Assembly: GCA_965637545.1 (NCBI GenBank)
Contig: OZ281500.1
Span: forward strand, 22,010,001 to 22,074,000
Reading direction: 5' to 3'
DNA length: 64,000 nt
Source: Phallusia mammillata
Taxonomy: Eukaryota
Made by a program: the position numbers and the translations under genes
Shown: in pieces, positions 12,906-25,088 of the stretch
Numbering within the stretch: the stretch's first letter is position 1
How the letters are laid out: every line of letters begins with the position of its first letter
The notes under the pieces: generated by a model
Seen by the model: only the letters and a program-made list of their open reading frames with translations
The model's database searches: none
Told to the model about the DNA's origin: nothing

Positions 12906-13441
12906 TAGTTTTATTTTACTGGTCATATTTTTCGTTTCGTTTAAACTGCCTGAAAGTTGGAACTAAAACTGACTTTAACCTGCCTACTCCAAACGTTTGA
13001 TGTAGGCTTTGTTTAAGACTAATATCACAAAGATATTTCTAACCGCTAAGTTGTCACGCAAGGACGATGAATGTAACAACTTACACATTGTAAATGTAAA
13101 AAATGCAGAAATATAGGACTATATACAAACCATTAAACGGACGAAAACAACAGACTGATAACAGGTTTCGTTTGTGAGAACAAAAAAGGTTGCCAAGCGC
13201 AGAACGGATTAATTACAAGCGTTTGTTTGATGGACAACAGAATTTGTCTGGATTATGCGAAGATCCGGATTACCCGATGCCGATTAGTTAAAGCCTTACC
13301 ACATTACAAATCATTTATACCTCGAGTTTTATATGAATTAGACAAAGATCCCGATTAACCGAATCCGGCTTAAGCGAGGTTTACTATATTTTCAAAACCC
13401 AACGTAACCAAAACACCAATAATACTCCAAAAAATCTTGTC

Positions 13442-13807
13442 TTACCTTGGTGTATAAAGAAGACTGTTGAAAGTATGTGGTCGGGTATGTCCTCCTCTCA
13501 TTTCTATTGAGTATCCGTCATTTTTGGTGGTAAACTGGCTGGTCTGAATAAACGATTTTGTAATAACTTCGACTGTCTTTAACTTTCTTATCTTTTCAAG
13601 CACTCGAAACATGTACAGCCTTCTGTTGTCATAACTGTAATATTTTCCATCTTTTTCCGCTACTGCCATTCTTGGTAATTGATCAACAGACGTTCTGCCA
13701 GCCAGTATATCGTCTATTGTTTCATTTACACCCTTACTTCTTCGAAATTTCCAGTTAATGCTGTCTTGCATAAACCTTATCTCAGACGGCGTTAATGTCA
13801 TCAACAT
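13442..13807 (-). CDS. PB4: ParB/Srx-fold exon 1 (downstream exons not found)
   Basis: ATG 13807; YSYDNRRL; phase-2 donor AG|GTAAGA after 13446; near-identical to PB5 exon 1. Confidence 0.8.
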   Translation of the reverse strand: MLMTLTPSEIRFMQDSINWKFRRSKGVNETIDDILAGRTSVDQLPRMAVAEKDGKYYSYDNRRLYMFRVLEKIRKLKTVEVITKSFIQTSQFTTKNDGYSIEMRGGHTRPHTFNSLLYTPR

Positions 13808-13868
13808 TTTGGTGACTACGTCTTGTACCACCAAATAAATTAAGTTTTAACACAACGTTGAACAAAAA

Positions 13869-13879
13869 GGGGAATTCCC
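13869..13879. promoter_or_regulatory. kappaB-type site upstream of PB4
   Basis: GGGGAATTCCC, 62 bp upstream of ATG 13807. Confidence 0.6.
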
Positions 13880-13982
13880 ATATACAAATCTGTACTTTTG
13901 AAGGAGTATTGTCTGTTTCTTGTTTCGTTACAATGGCGACTTGTTTATCTAGTTATGGACAATTGTGCTGAACGGCACCGGG

Positions 13983-14277
13983 GGTAGAGCTACTAACACC
14001 ATACTTTTCGCCTGATCCAAAAGTGCTTAATTTTCGAAACGGTATATCTCAAAAAATGCTAACAGTTAGGGCTATTAGGGTTGGGGTAAGGTATTAGCAC
14101 TTAAAATTCAATAAAACTAACCCAAGAAATTAGTTACCAATGTAAAAGTTTTATGTAAATATTTCCCAACCCCACCCATTTATAGCCGCTAAATAAATAA
14201 TTCAGCTCTTTACGCCACCTATCGAAAATTAAGCACTTTTGGATCAGGCGAAACGTATGGTGTTAGTAGCTCTACCG
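13983..14277. mobile_element. MITE with long TIRs and 9-bp TSD (Mutator- or Merlin-like)
   Basis: ~55-bp TIRs starting GGTAGAGCTACTAACACCATAC; 9-bp TSD GGCACCGGG at 13974-13982 and 14278-14286. Confidence 0.85.
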
Positions 14278-15126
14278 GCACCGGGAAGTTTCAAAAGGTA
14301 TAACGGGTTGACCTCTACCCAACATAGCGGTCTATACTTGTCCGATATTCGGCGGTGTCGGACCAAATACCGATACCTTAATAAACGAGTAAACGTGCCT
14401 TAGTTTGTAGTTTTTGCCACAACCTTTTGCGAAAATGCTCTTTACCCAATCGCTAATGCATCACAATTGTTCGTCTCTGAAAACGTATAAAACGTGCCGA
14501 TAGAACGATTTGCCGAATCCGCAATTTTTTATATGTGGTCACTAAAGTATCAGGTGTCAGATTGTTGAATATATCGGATTGAAAACTGGGTATCTCGCCA
14601 TCCTTAGTGAAAACCAACAGGATGAACGACATAAAATGGTCAAAATTTACTTTATTACGCAGAGGGCAGCTCCGCAACACAACAATTACTTCAACAAAAA
14701 AGCACAAAATCTCTGTAATACAGCAATTATTTACAGACGAAGAAAAATAATTGCCCAAAAAGTTCAGTTTCCGCTGAAGTCCATCGTTCTAAGCTTTTTC
14801 GCTTGAGGCTCATCTGCAAAAAGGCATATAATTCAGGCGATAGTCAAGGCCCATAACGCTTAAGATGAATGACAATTGCAGAGTAATACTAAAGCTGGTA
14901 TATCTTAACACTTTTAAAAACGATATTTCTTTTTGTACTAACTACTAAGTAATATGCAGGCGTAGTCTAGTAAATACACTTAGTTTCATTGAAACTATTT
15001 CCACGACATTTAGCATTGTAACTTATAAGCATGTCACCTAAGCAAAGAGCCAAATTTGTAACTTATAATGTTCCGAAATAAGTTATATTTTGCCAGCTGG
15101 GTACATGAGTTTAGATCATTAGATAG

Positions 15127-18100
15127 TTATTCAAAGAACAAACCTTCTATTTCAATGTTTTCCTCTTGTTGTCTTTCTTTCATGTACACCTTCCTTAGAC
15201 ATGACAGTTTTCTTCTTTCCAATGTTGCAAGGTCGTCAATTGCTGCACCTTAAAGGGTTTGAAGGGTAAGACCGATAAAGGGATGGGGGTAAATAGCCCG
15301 TGTTCCTAGGCTAAATTCTCAAATACCGCAACTTTGTTGTCAAAACAAGTCAAATTTTACTGCCTTAACTGTTTGCAAAATGCCTTCCGCAACCAAACCG
15401 CCAGCCGGGCAACTTTGTATGTAACATTGCCGTGTAATATTATTTACGTACTCTTTCAATTGCGCACTTAAACGGAGCGTGTAACAGTTTTGTTGTCATG
15501 TTTATTTGACTTCTGTGCTGGCCCCCGGTTTGAGGAGCCAAAAGGTGTTGCAAAGAGCTTTTGTGACTCTTACAAAACGCGCAATCCATAAACTGTATTA
15601 TCAATCTCGCTAACATGCGACCGGTGGGCTATAATCCAATATCTTACCTACGAAACGATCCGCTTTGTTTTCGATAGTGCTTGGCCAGGTCTTTTCCTTC
15701 TTTGGCCTGCTAGTTTCTGGCCTATTTGTTGTATCCGGTTCGTTTACTTTATGTGTTTTCGGTTCCGTTTCTGCTGTGGCCTCTGTATCGTTTCTAATGT
15801 GTACAGCAAAATCCAGGTTGGGTACGATATTTTGTCTCGTTTCGGCAATCGGTTCGCTGCTGGTATCTGGTTCGTTCTTTGTGACAAAATCTTGCTTGTT
15901 TTGTGAACTAGTTCCGGGTTCGCTCTCTGTAGTACTGGTTCCGGTTTCGTTCTCTGTGTCACTGGTATCCGGTTCGTTCTCTGAAATACTGGCACCCTGT
16001 TCGTTCTCTGTGTCAGTGGTACCCTGTTCGTTCTCTGTAATACTGGTACCCGGTTCGTTCTCCGTAATACTGGTACCCGGTTCGTTCTCTGTAATAATGG
16101 TACCCGGTTCGTTCTCTGTGTCACTTGTATCCGGTTCGTTCTCTGTGTCACTGGTATCCGGTTCGTTCTCTGTGTCACTGGCACCCTGTTTGTTCTCTGT
16201 GTCACTGGTATCCGGTTCGTTCTCTGAAATACTGGTACCCGGTTCGTTCTCTGTGTCACTGGTATCCGGTTCGTTCTCTGTGTCATTGGTATCCGGTTCG
16301 TTCTCTGTGTCACTGGTATCCGGTTCGTTCCCTGTGTCACTGGTATCCGGTTCGTTCTCTGTGTCACTGGTATCCGGTTCGTTCTCTGAAATACTGGCAC
16401 CCTGTTTGTTCTCTGTGTCAGTGGTACCCTGTTCGTTCTCTGTAATACTGGTACCCGGTTCGTTCGGAAATTTGAAGCCACATTCAATGCTTTTTGAGAA
16501 GAGCCCGCTTTCTAGTTTGCTGGTTGCTCCAAAGGAAAGTAGGGTTTTGCCAGCAACGTTTGTCGATTGTTCATCTGCAAAAAAACAATTATTAACAAAT
16601 CTGAAGGTATTTGCAAAAGTAGTAAATCCAGTAAATTTGTTTTGATTGATTTTCGCCAGCATATTTTTATGCATTGAGTGCTTTCTGCTTCTGAGATTGT
16701 ATTTTATTGTTACCCTCGCCATCTTTTTCTCTTTCCCAATGGGAACGTTTCCAACTTTTCGCCGTAAGTATTTGTAGGTCCTAAAATAGGCATAACTTAA
16801 AAGACTTGGCTTACATAGATTAACTTTTATTTACCTCTTTTCTTTTTCGCTTTTGTCTTTTTTTGTCTTGTTCTAACCTCATGTTCATCCCCATGTTCCG
16901 TCGTTTCTTGTTGTTTAGTTTTATAACAGTCCATGGTCTTTGCTAAATCGTCGTCTTTGTGCACCTCATCTATTTTTGGCATGGATAAGTTTTCTTTTGT
17001 TCCCGATTCCTCTTGTTGCTGTTTCAAGTTTAGGTCTCTCGGGGTATCTGCATCAACATGACAACGTTACATCCATTTCTTTTGAAATGTTAGTTGTATA
17101 TGAACCATCGAAAAAAACAAACCTGTGCTTCCAACGTTTGTATGAAGCAAAGTAGACCATGGGCTGGATGAAAGATTGTCTGATAGTGCCTGGCTGTTTT
17201 CTTCAAAGGAAAAACTGCTGAATTGTGAACTCCCAAAGCTGAATTCATTGGTTTTCGAGCTAAAAACACTTTCCGTCCTGCTGGAAGCCGCAAAGGAAAA
17301 TAAGGAACTTCCACCAAAGCTTGTAGATTGTCCAGCTGCAATAAATACAATTTATAACAACACAATGTAACGAAGGTATGAGGATGTTAGTTCAAATCGT
17401 GAAAAGTGTCAAAAGTGATTGATATACTTTTTGTCTTAAGAAAACAGACTTACAAAGTGGTCAGACTTTAGTACGTTTTTGGTATTTATCTAACAGACTT
17501 TGACAAAGCATTACCTTTTGTGGAAGCTGCACAGAATCTTCTTTCTGGGACCAGGTCGTTCGCAATTAAATTGTTGGAACATGTGCTGATTTCAGATCTG
17601 TTAATGTACAACAATGTCAAAAATATTTACATTACAAATAAGGTGATAGGTGTCAGCTACAAAAAAACCTTAAAGTAAACCTCGGTTAATCCGGACCTGT
17701 TTGATGGACAACAGAATTTGTCCGGATTATGCGAAGATCCGGATTACCCGATGTCGATTAGTTAAAGCCTTACCACATTACAAATCATTTATACCTCGAG
17801 TTTTATATGAATTACACAAAGATTCCGATTAACCGAATCCGGCTTAAGCGAGGTTTACTATATTTTCAAAACCCAACGTAACCAAAACACCAATAATACT
17901 CCAAAAAATCTTGTCTTACCTTGGTGGATAAAGAAGACTGTTGAAAGTATGTGGTCGGGTATGTCCTCCTCTCATTTCTATTGAGTATCCGTCATTTTTT
18001 GTGGTAAACTGGCTGGTCTGAATAAACGATTTTGTAATAACTTCGACTGTCTTTAACTTTCTTATCTTTTCCAGCACTCGAAACATGTACAGCCTTCTGT

Positions 18101-18281
18101 TGTCATAACTGTAATATTTTCCATCTTTTTCCGCTACTTCCATTCTTGGTAATTGATCAACAGACGTTCTGCCAGCCAGTATATCGTCTATTGTTTCATT
18201 CACACCCTTACTTGTTCGAAATTTCCTGTTAATGCTGTCTTGCATAAACCTTATCTGAGACGGAGGTAAGGTCATCCACAT
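15127..18281 (-). CDS. PB5: ParB/Srx-fold domain + FG-rich exon + charged/basic exon + acidic TENEPD repeats + helical terminal exon (~639 aa)
   Basis: Exons 18281-17920, 17597-17515, 17335-17123, 17047-16835, 16574-15648, 15248-15127; phases 2,1,1,1,1 consistent; total 1920 nt. Confidence 0.75.
15920..16465. repeat. 30-bp coding minisatellite (TENEPDTSDT/TENEPGTSIT)
   Basis: Tandem units visible; translation in ORF 15610..16722. Confidence 0.9.
17673..17860. mobile_element. Tc1/pogo-type MITE in PB5 intron 1 (truncated copy at ~13217-13385)
   Basis: TIRs AGTAAACCTCGGTTAATCCGGA / TCCGGCTTAAGCGAGGTTTACT flanked by TA at 17671-72 and 17861-62. Confidence 0.7.
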
Positions 18282-18414
18282 TTTTGTGACTACGTCCAGT
18301 GATTTATGAATATATTCAACACAACATCAACCGAAAAAATACCTACTGAACCAGAAGGACCACCAAATGAATTAAATTCAACACAGCACAGTCAAAACAT
18401 CACTGATCAAAAAA

Positions 18415-18425
18415 GGGGAATTCCC
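18415..18425. promoter_or_regulatory. kappaB-type site upstream of PB5
   Basis: GGGGAATTCCC, 134 bp upstream of ATG 18281. Confidence 0.6.
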
Positions 18426-18719
18426 ATAATCGAATCTGTATTTTTGACGTTAGATGGTCTGCTTCCTGTTTCGTCACAATGCCGAGCCTGCTGTTATATG
18501 TTGGTATGTAGATACATTTTTGCTTGACGATAACAGCATGTTTCAAAGAGTCTTGCAGGTTGACCTTCACCCAACACAGCGTTTCGTGGACAGTGTTATG
18601 CTGCTCTTACAAATGTACAATAGTGGTTTTCAAGTATGCAACACTATTTTGAAGTCAAAAAAACGGCATGTCATAAATTTATGCAGTCAGCTGACTTTGA
18701 CGTAACAAATAAAAAAGTT

Positions 18720-19062
18720 TCGAAATGTTTTTGTTAAAAATCACATGAATAACCGGCTATTCTTAATCATGCAGTAAATTGGTAGTTGTAGATTTTTCAC
18801 TATTTCGATTGTCAGCTACGCTGATATACGGTTTTTGTTTTATTATATCGCCCATCTTTTGCAAGCTCAGATACAATTAAGCCTTCTAATTCCAGCTGTA
18901 ACACTTACCATTGCGAAACGAAACTCTCATGTTGTTAAATTTAATCTCGCATGAATCTGTCATCATCTGATCTATTATGTTGTTTATGTTACGGTTGCCA
19001 TTAAACCCCCAATGAATATCGTTTTGAGTAAATCTAATTTCTCATGTAGCTAATTGTAACAT
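18720..19062 (-). pseudogene. psi-B: decayed PB2-like exon 1 (absent from ORF track)
   Basis: ATG 19062 reads MLQLAT*EIRFTQNDIHWGFNGNRNINNIIDQMMTDSCEIKFNNMRVSFRNGKCYSW, then frameshifts in the DNRRL codons; TGA at 19044-19042; 3' end approximate. Confidence 0.85.
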
Positions 19063-19138
19063 CTTCCTATCCTGTAAAGCTGCGTTATAAATTGGTCACA
19101 ACCCACAATACGTTTGTTTTCTGCAGCAGGGCCTAATT

Positions 19139-19149
19139 GGGGAATTCCC
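19139..19149. promoter_or_regulatory. kappaB-type site upstream of psi-B
   Basis: GGGGAATTCCC, 77 bp upstream of ATG 19062. Confidence 0.55.
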
Positions 19150-20758
19150 TGGAGCCAAACAAGAGTTTCCTTTCGCTTTTGGCTTGAATGACGCGTTATT
19201 ATTGAACTCATTGCACATGATAATTGAAGTTACAACCATGTGGGTGTGTTTTAGAAAGGTATGGATCCGCACGACCAAACGGAACTCGTTCGCAAGGACT
19301 ATCCACTCTGCTTCGTAACCTTGCCAAATGCCATTTTTAAGCCCGCCTGTTTAGCCGACGTATTTATCAAACCATAAGTAGCCTATGTGTTTTTTCATGA
19401 AATTAAAATAAACTTAGTCAACGAAATCAACCGCGCATACATACGTTGTGCCCGCTGTGGGAAAAGTTACACTATGCATTGCGAACATTTCAACCTTACA
19501 TTTCAAACACAACCACAACCAAAAGACTGGGAATTGCAAAATAAACAACAGTGACTTTCGAAATTAATAATTAAAAAAATCGGTTACACCTCTTGTGTTG
19601 CCCATGCTGGATAGCAAGCGCCAAGCTTCATTTTTTAACCTTGTGGCTACTTGCCAAAGTGTTTTTAACAAAAGTTTGAATACATAACAAAAGAATGCCA
19701 AAGAGCCCAGATCAAAACCAAAAAGCCCGACCCGATTTTCAACTCTTTCAAAGAACTATCTGCTTTAAAATAGTATCCACAAAAAAAAAAATAAACAAAT
19801 AAATTTTATTTCATAGATAGACGGAAAACAGAGAAAATAAAATAGGTAAAGTAAATACAAATATCATTGATAGAAATGCTGTTCTCTAACTGTTGCAGAA
19901 TGTTGAACTTGACTTGTATATTCTGCAAAAATAGGAATTTTCAATTTTTGTGTACTTTTTATATTTCTTCTTTTTTATATTTACAAGTGTGTTGTTGGTT
20001 GACTCAGAGACGCGTAACTAAAACAAACAGGCAATTGTTGCTTCGTGTACATAATATACTATCGCAAACATAAAGCAAGTAAGAGGTTAAAAACATGTAC
20101 TGGAAAAACATAAATGTAGTTGTATCTATGTAAACTAAAAGCATGCTTGTATGTCAAAGTCACACTAGGGCTTCTGGTTCGGGCCTTTCTTGTTTCTTCG
20201 CTGGCGACTTGGCTGCAAAGAAAAATTATTGAACTTTGTATTTCCTGTCAGCAGTGTAGATTTAAACGGGATTATATTTTCTCCAAAAATTGACCTTTTC
20301 TTATGAGAAAAAGTGCAATGGAAAATGGTCTGCGAAAACCACGTGGTTGTAAATACAACAACACAACAAATAAATAGGACCTGTTTTGTAGAATGCGCAG
20401 CGGCTTTTAACTTGGAAACCTTCCTTGTTAGCAAATCAATTTTGACCCAACAAAAGGGGTTACATAGCACCCATACACCAATCCTCGTTTAGGGACGAAA
20501 GTAATCGGTGTAAAGGCAGAAGGCGAGCCTGGAACAAAAACAACAACGGGTCGTTGTGAATACGAAACCGCAGCAAATATGCTGGCTCAACTGTACAATA
20601 CGCACCACCTAATTAGGAGAAAGGAGTTTAAGGGGCTTGGAGCCGAAAAACAATGATGGTAATAGATCTCAATGATTTTAATAAAAGTTCATCATTCACT
20701 AATGTTGCATTGTCCGCCGAAAATTAAAATAACACAAAAAGAGAAACAGAAATGTTAC

Positions 20759-22173
20759 CTGGTTTGCTCTGTTGATCTTTTTCTGTCTTTCCATCTTCCG
20801 TAAGATCCGGTACTTTTCAGTAATTTTTAAGAACCGTTTCTCTCTTTCGGTAAGGTCTTTATCCAATACAATGATGTCCTGGTTCAAAATTCCTTAAACA
20901 AACAACTTTATGTTTGAATGTTACAACAAAATAACTTTTTGGTTGTCACCTTTTTTCTGAAACTTTTTTTTTCGTTTATTTAGCACGCCGAAAACATCAT
21001 CACATATCCCATTCTATTGTGGATGGCAACGTTTTTAAGCTGATGTAAGGCAACTCTGCAGTAACATATGGATTTCAAGAGATCATTACCATTCTGTAAA
21101 GTTTCCACGACTTTGTCCAAAGTTTCTTCATTTTTTACTTTCTCTTCCTTTTTCAATATATCCGGGTCATTTAGATGAACTGCATAAAAATAAATTCTTT
21201 TACATTCTTGTTACATATGATTTTGCTTTATCATGCATACTAAGCTTACATATTTTGTGAAATAAATAATTCTCAAATCTCAACCTCTTTGTGTGTTTTC
21301 TGTGTTTGTTGTTGCATTGTTCTCTTTGCTGCAGCCAGGCTTTGTCTATTGTGTTCGTATCAACTCGTTCTCTGTACTTTCAAGTTTTTCCACCTCTGCT
21401 ACTTTAACCTGTTTGTTTTCTGGGCTTGGTTTACTTTTTTCCGTGTCGACCCTGCGATAAATTATATTTCAAACAATAAAGTTCCAGTTAAGATGATAAC
21501 TTGGATCAACCCTGAAGCGTCTATGCAGACCAGCGATCACGACACATTCATACATAAATCACAGTACGCCAGGTACATTGAAGGCGTTATACTGAATCAG
21601 CCGGTCACCAAGCATTCCCATATGACGTAGTCTACAAAAATCTAGCCTGTGGTGGGATCCAAATCCACGACAAGAGTCTTTCCGGGACTCGACTAAAGTT
21701 TTGTGTTAATCGTTTTGCATGCTGCACACCAAAAGGGAACCAGAATACCTGTAACAGTAACTTTACAGCTATTTTGAACAGCTGTTCACTTACTTAATTG
21801 GAGTAAGAAGGCTTTTAAATGCGTGTGGCCGTGTGTATCTACGTCCGCCCCTCATTTTTATGGAGTATCCATCATTGGTGGTTGTAAACTGGCGGGAAGG
21901 CCAGTGCGTGACCATGTCCACTTCAACTTTTTTCAACTTTCCCATCTTTTCAAGCACTCGAAACGCATACAGCCTTCTATTGTCGAGGCTGTAATATTTT
22001 CCATCGCGTTTTGCTACTTCCATTCGTGGTATTTGATTAACCGACGTTCTGCCATCAACTACATCGTCTATTGTTTCATTTACAATCTTACCATTGCGAA
22101 ACTTCCAGTTAATGCTGTTTTGCATAAACCTTATTTCCGATGGAGCTAAGTATTTATCTAAGATGTTTCCCAT
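20759..22173 (-). CDS. PB6: ParB/Srx-fold exon 1 + charged tail exons, with an in-frame stop in exon 2
   Basis: Exons 22173-21794, 21451-21285 (TAG at 21348-21346), 21179-21090, 20892-20759; phases 2,1,1,0; 3' end unresolved. Confidence 0.6.
21560..21690 (-). mobile_element. Degenerate tRNA-headed SINE-like copy in PB6 intron 1
   Basis: TACGCCAGG..GAAGGCGTTATAC..CCAAGCATTCCCATATG..CTAGCC..CCACGACAAGAGTCTTTCCGGGACTCG matches 48240-48380. Confidence 0.65.
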
Positions 22174-22906
22174 GTTTGTCGTCTGGTAACTGATGCTACG
22201 TTATGTCAATGTGACTTAGCTCATTCAAACTTTTTGCCCCAGATAAGCAATACACCAACGGAACAATAGACAAAGGTCAAGTCCCATAAGCGATTCTTAA
22301 CTTTCTTGTTTCGTCACAATAGCGACAGCTAAAACTAGGACTTGAAGTTTTTACCTGCCAAGTGTTCGTAATCAGAAAGATATCGTGTTTTATTCAAATA
22401 CAATATGTTTATCGTCTGTCTCTTGTAGTGTCACAATAACCGAAAGCTAGTCACTTTACTGTGGCTGGGAACAGTTTATTGCGTCACAATCTGGAGCTAT
22501 TGTTTAGGGTTAGTTGACTTTAGGCAGGCACCAACTCAACGAAGTCTTCCTGAAAAATCTATTGCATTGACCATGTTTATGCATACATAAGTGGAACGTA
22601 TTTTAGCTATAAACTATAAAACAAAATACAGAAACTCTAGCACAACGAACATTTACAGACAAATTCACGAATGTGGTAAAGTGGAAAGTGGTGCAACAAG
22701 GTAAATGCCAGGTCTTCTTCTATGTTGCTTTACCTGCAAAGAAAGAGATTTTTAAGCACATAGCCTAAGTTTAAATTAATGCGAAAGTATGGTGGATACT
22801 AAATCTTTTGGAATGTAGGTTGTATTAAGGTGTGTAACCATATGTTTGCGATTTACCGTGATGTTTAATGAATAAACTGTACTAAGTCTTACCTGATTAA
22901 GGGCTT

Positions 22907-23263
22907 TTAAAAAGTGTGATCCCTTGTAATGTCGTTTAAAACCTGCACTGAATAGCCATCGTTTTTTGTTGTAAACTTGCTGTGATCCCAAAAAATATTC
23001 AATTCAACTTCAACTCTGTAGACCACTCCCATCTTTTCCAGCACTCGAAGCACATAAAGCCTTCTGTTGTCCAAACTGTAATACTTGTCAATACTTCTTT
23101 GAACTTTTATTTTATCGAAAGCATATTTTACAGACAATCTTCCGGCAGCTATATCGTCTATCATTTTATTGACATTGCGGTGACCATACATCTCACAGTT
23201 TATAGTGTCTTGAGTAAATCTAATTTCCGAAGGGTACAACCGGATTATTTCACCGTCAGACAT
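22907..23263 (-). CDS. PB7: ParB/Srx-fold exon 1 with a stop just before the conserved donor
   Basis: ATG 23263 (MSDGEIIRLYPSEIRF); YSLDNRRL; TAA at 22909-22907; phase-2 donor AG|GTAAGT still present after 22893. Confidence 0.75.
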   Translation of the reverse strand: MSDGEIIRLYPSEIRFTQDTINCEMYGHRNVNKMIDDIAAGRLSVKYAFDKIKVQRSIDKYYSLDNRRLYVLRVLEKMGVVYRVEVELNIFWDHSKFTTKNDGYSVQVLNDITRDHTF

Positions 23264-23349
23264 CTTTACGAGGTTCTGTGTTAGCCTACAACGACTGCCA
23301 ACATAAGCTTGTTCACGGTAATGTACTGCCAACAAACTATTGTTTCGGA

Positions 23350-23360
23350 GGGGAATACCC
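23350..23360. promoter_or_regulatory. kappaB-type site upstream of PB7 (IRF-like AGTTTCACTTTT at 23375-23386)
   Basis: GGGGAATACCC, 87 bp upstream of ATG 23263. Confidence 0.5.
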
Positions 23361-24144
23361 TTCAACAGGACAAGAGTTTCACTTTTACTTTTGTCAAATG
23401 GCTGTATTTTATGAAAACCAGCAGTGTTACCCTGTCACAAGCTTATCTATTTAGGGTTAAAGTGAAAACCTGTTGTTATGTGATTTCCTTTAATGAATAA
23501 AACGTTGGGGTTTAGTGTTTGAAGTCAATATTCACTTGTTCATCCCGCTCTATACTTGTTACTGATGTTTCCTTAAAGCCAAGATAAAAATACTGGCCAA
23601 CGACAAGCTAACTGTGGTCTTGAAACTTCTATGTATTTTTGCCAAGGTTCTGCAGTCGGAAATTATGTATTATATAGGTGCTTGCTAGGGATTTGACAAC
23701 CAGTTCATACGTAATAGCGTATGGAATTCTTGGTGACGGAAATCGAAGTTATGTTGGACGTTTTTGGTATCTTGTATTGTTTCAACGATCAGAAGTTGTG
23801 GCTGCGGACAGCTTACTGGGGTTAATGTTCAGCTTTTGCGTAAGGTTTAAAAGCCGGACACAAAAACCACAAACACTTTCTCGAATCAGTCTGACTGAAC
23901 AAAAACGAACGAGGATAATACAACTACAAACCTAAACCTTGGTTGTAATTCTGTTTGTTCATTTTACAATACAAGGGCGAAGCTTATGTTACCACAACAT
24001 GATGGTGACTGAGTGCAAATGTTTAACATTCCAAATTTGAAGTGTTAACTGACAGTGATTTGTTGACGTTTTTCTGCCACATACCTTTTCAATGTAAAAA
24101 AAAATCTTTACTACACGATATCAAAAATTACTAGGAAATGAGTT

Positions 24145-25088
24145 TTATGATCGTTTGAGATCGAACAGCGAAGACGTGTGTCCTGGGACGTACGCCATCT
24201 TAGAATGCGGTTCTTAAAACAATAACAGATCAATTGTTATCTGAATTCACAAACCATCCATTAATTTTTTACCTAGTTTCTTTATTTTTAGCCTTTTCAT
24301 TTTGTTTCTTCTTTTCTTTGCTTTTTTATCCACAACAACGGGTTGGTCTTCTAAACAGGGACGTTTAGCGGAAACAGATCCTTCTGATTCTTCTTGTTGA
24401 TTAGGGCGTTTATTGGAATTTTTTTCTCCCGATTTTGTTGTGGATTCTCTGTTGATAAAGTTGAATTGTCGAGTTACAAAGGCGTTTAGACGCCTAGGTC
24501 TCATTTAGTGAATTAGTACCCAAAATGTTCAAACCTTTTGCAAAAATTGGTTTACTGGCACAAAAGCTTTCGGTTTCCACTTTTCATGCACCGAAACGTA
24601 AAAAAAATTGGTAACAACTAACGCAGTATTCATTTAACAATGGTCTCAATCTATTTTATTTTGCGACCCTCTTTATAAGGATTTTCCATAACAATATAAA
24701 GAAACACTGCGTTAAATCAATAGTTTTACCCAGACGGTGGCAAAAGACTATCGAAGGTGTGGTCCCTTGTTTCATCGAATCTAACTCTAACTGAATAGCC
24801 GTCGTCTTTTGTTGTAAACTTACTACTATCCCATGAACATGGGAAATATACTTCCACTTCTTTCAGTTTACCCATCTTTTCCAACACCCGAAATACGTAA
24901 AGTCTTCTATTGTCCAAACTGTAATACTTTATATCGCGTACTGCCACTTTGATGTTATCGAACTCAGCTTCGATTGACGTTCTGTCTGCCGCTATATCGT
25001 CCGCTATTGAGTTGACATTTTCGAAAAAGGAAAATTCACGTTGAATAGTGTCCTGAGTAAACCTGATCTGAGACGGTGCTAACCTCAT
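24145..25088 (-). CDS. PB8: ParB/Srx-fold domain + lysine-rich NLS-like tail (~215 aa)
   Basis: Exons 25088-24730, 24493-24273 (SAKRPCLE..KKAKKRRNKMKRLKIKK), 24212-24145; phases 2,1. Exon 2 could instead read through to the stop at 24247. Confidence 0.7.

Noticed and set aside
2868-16645. Long plus-strand and alternate-frame ORFs (VPGSFSVS, QRTNRVP, YPVRSLC repeats) over the acidic exons
   Set aside because: Shadows of the stop-poor 30-bp minisatellite; only the TENEPG frame has matching splice sites and links to exon 1.
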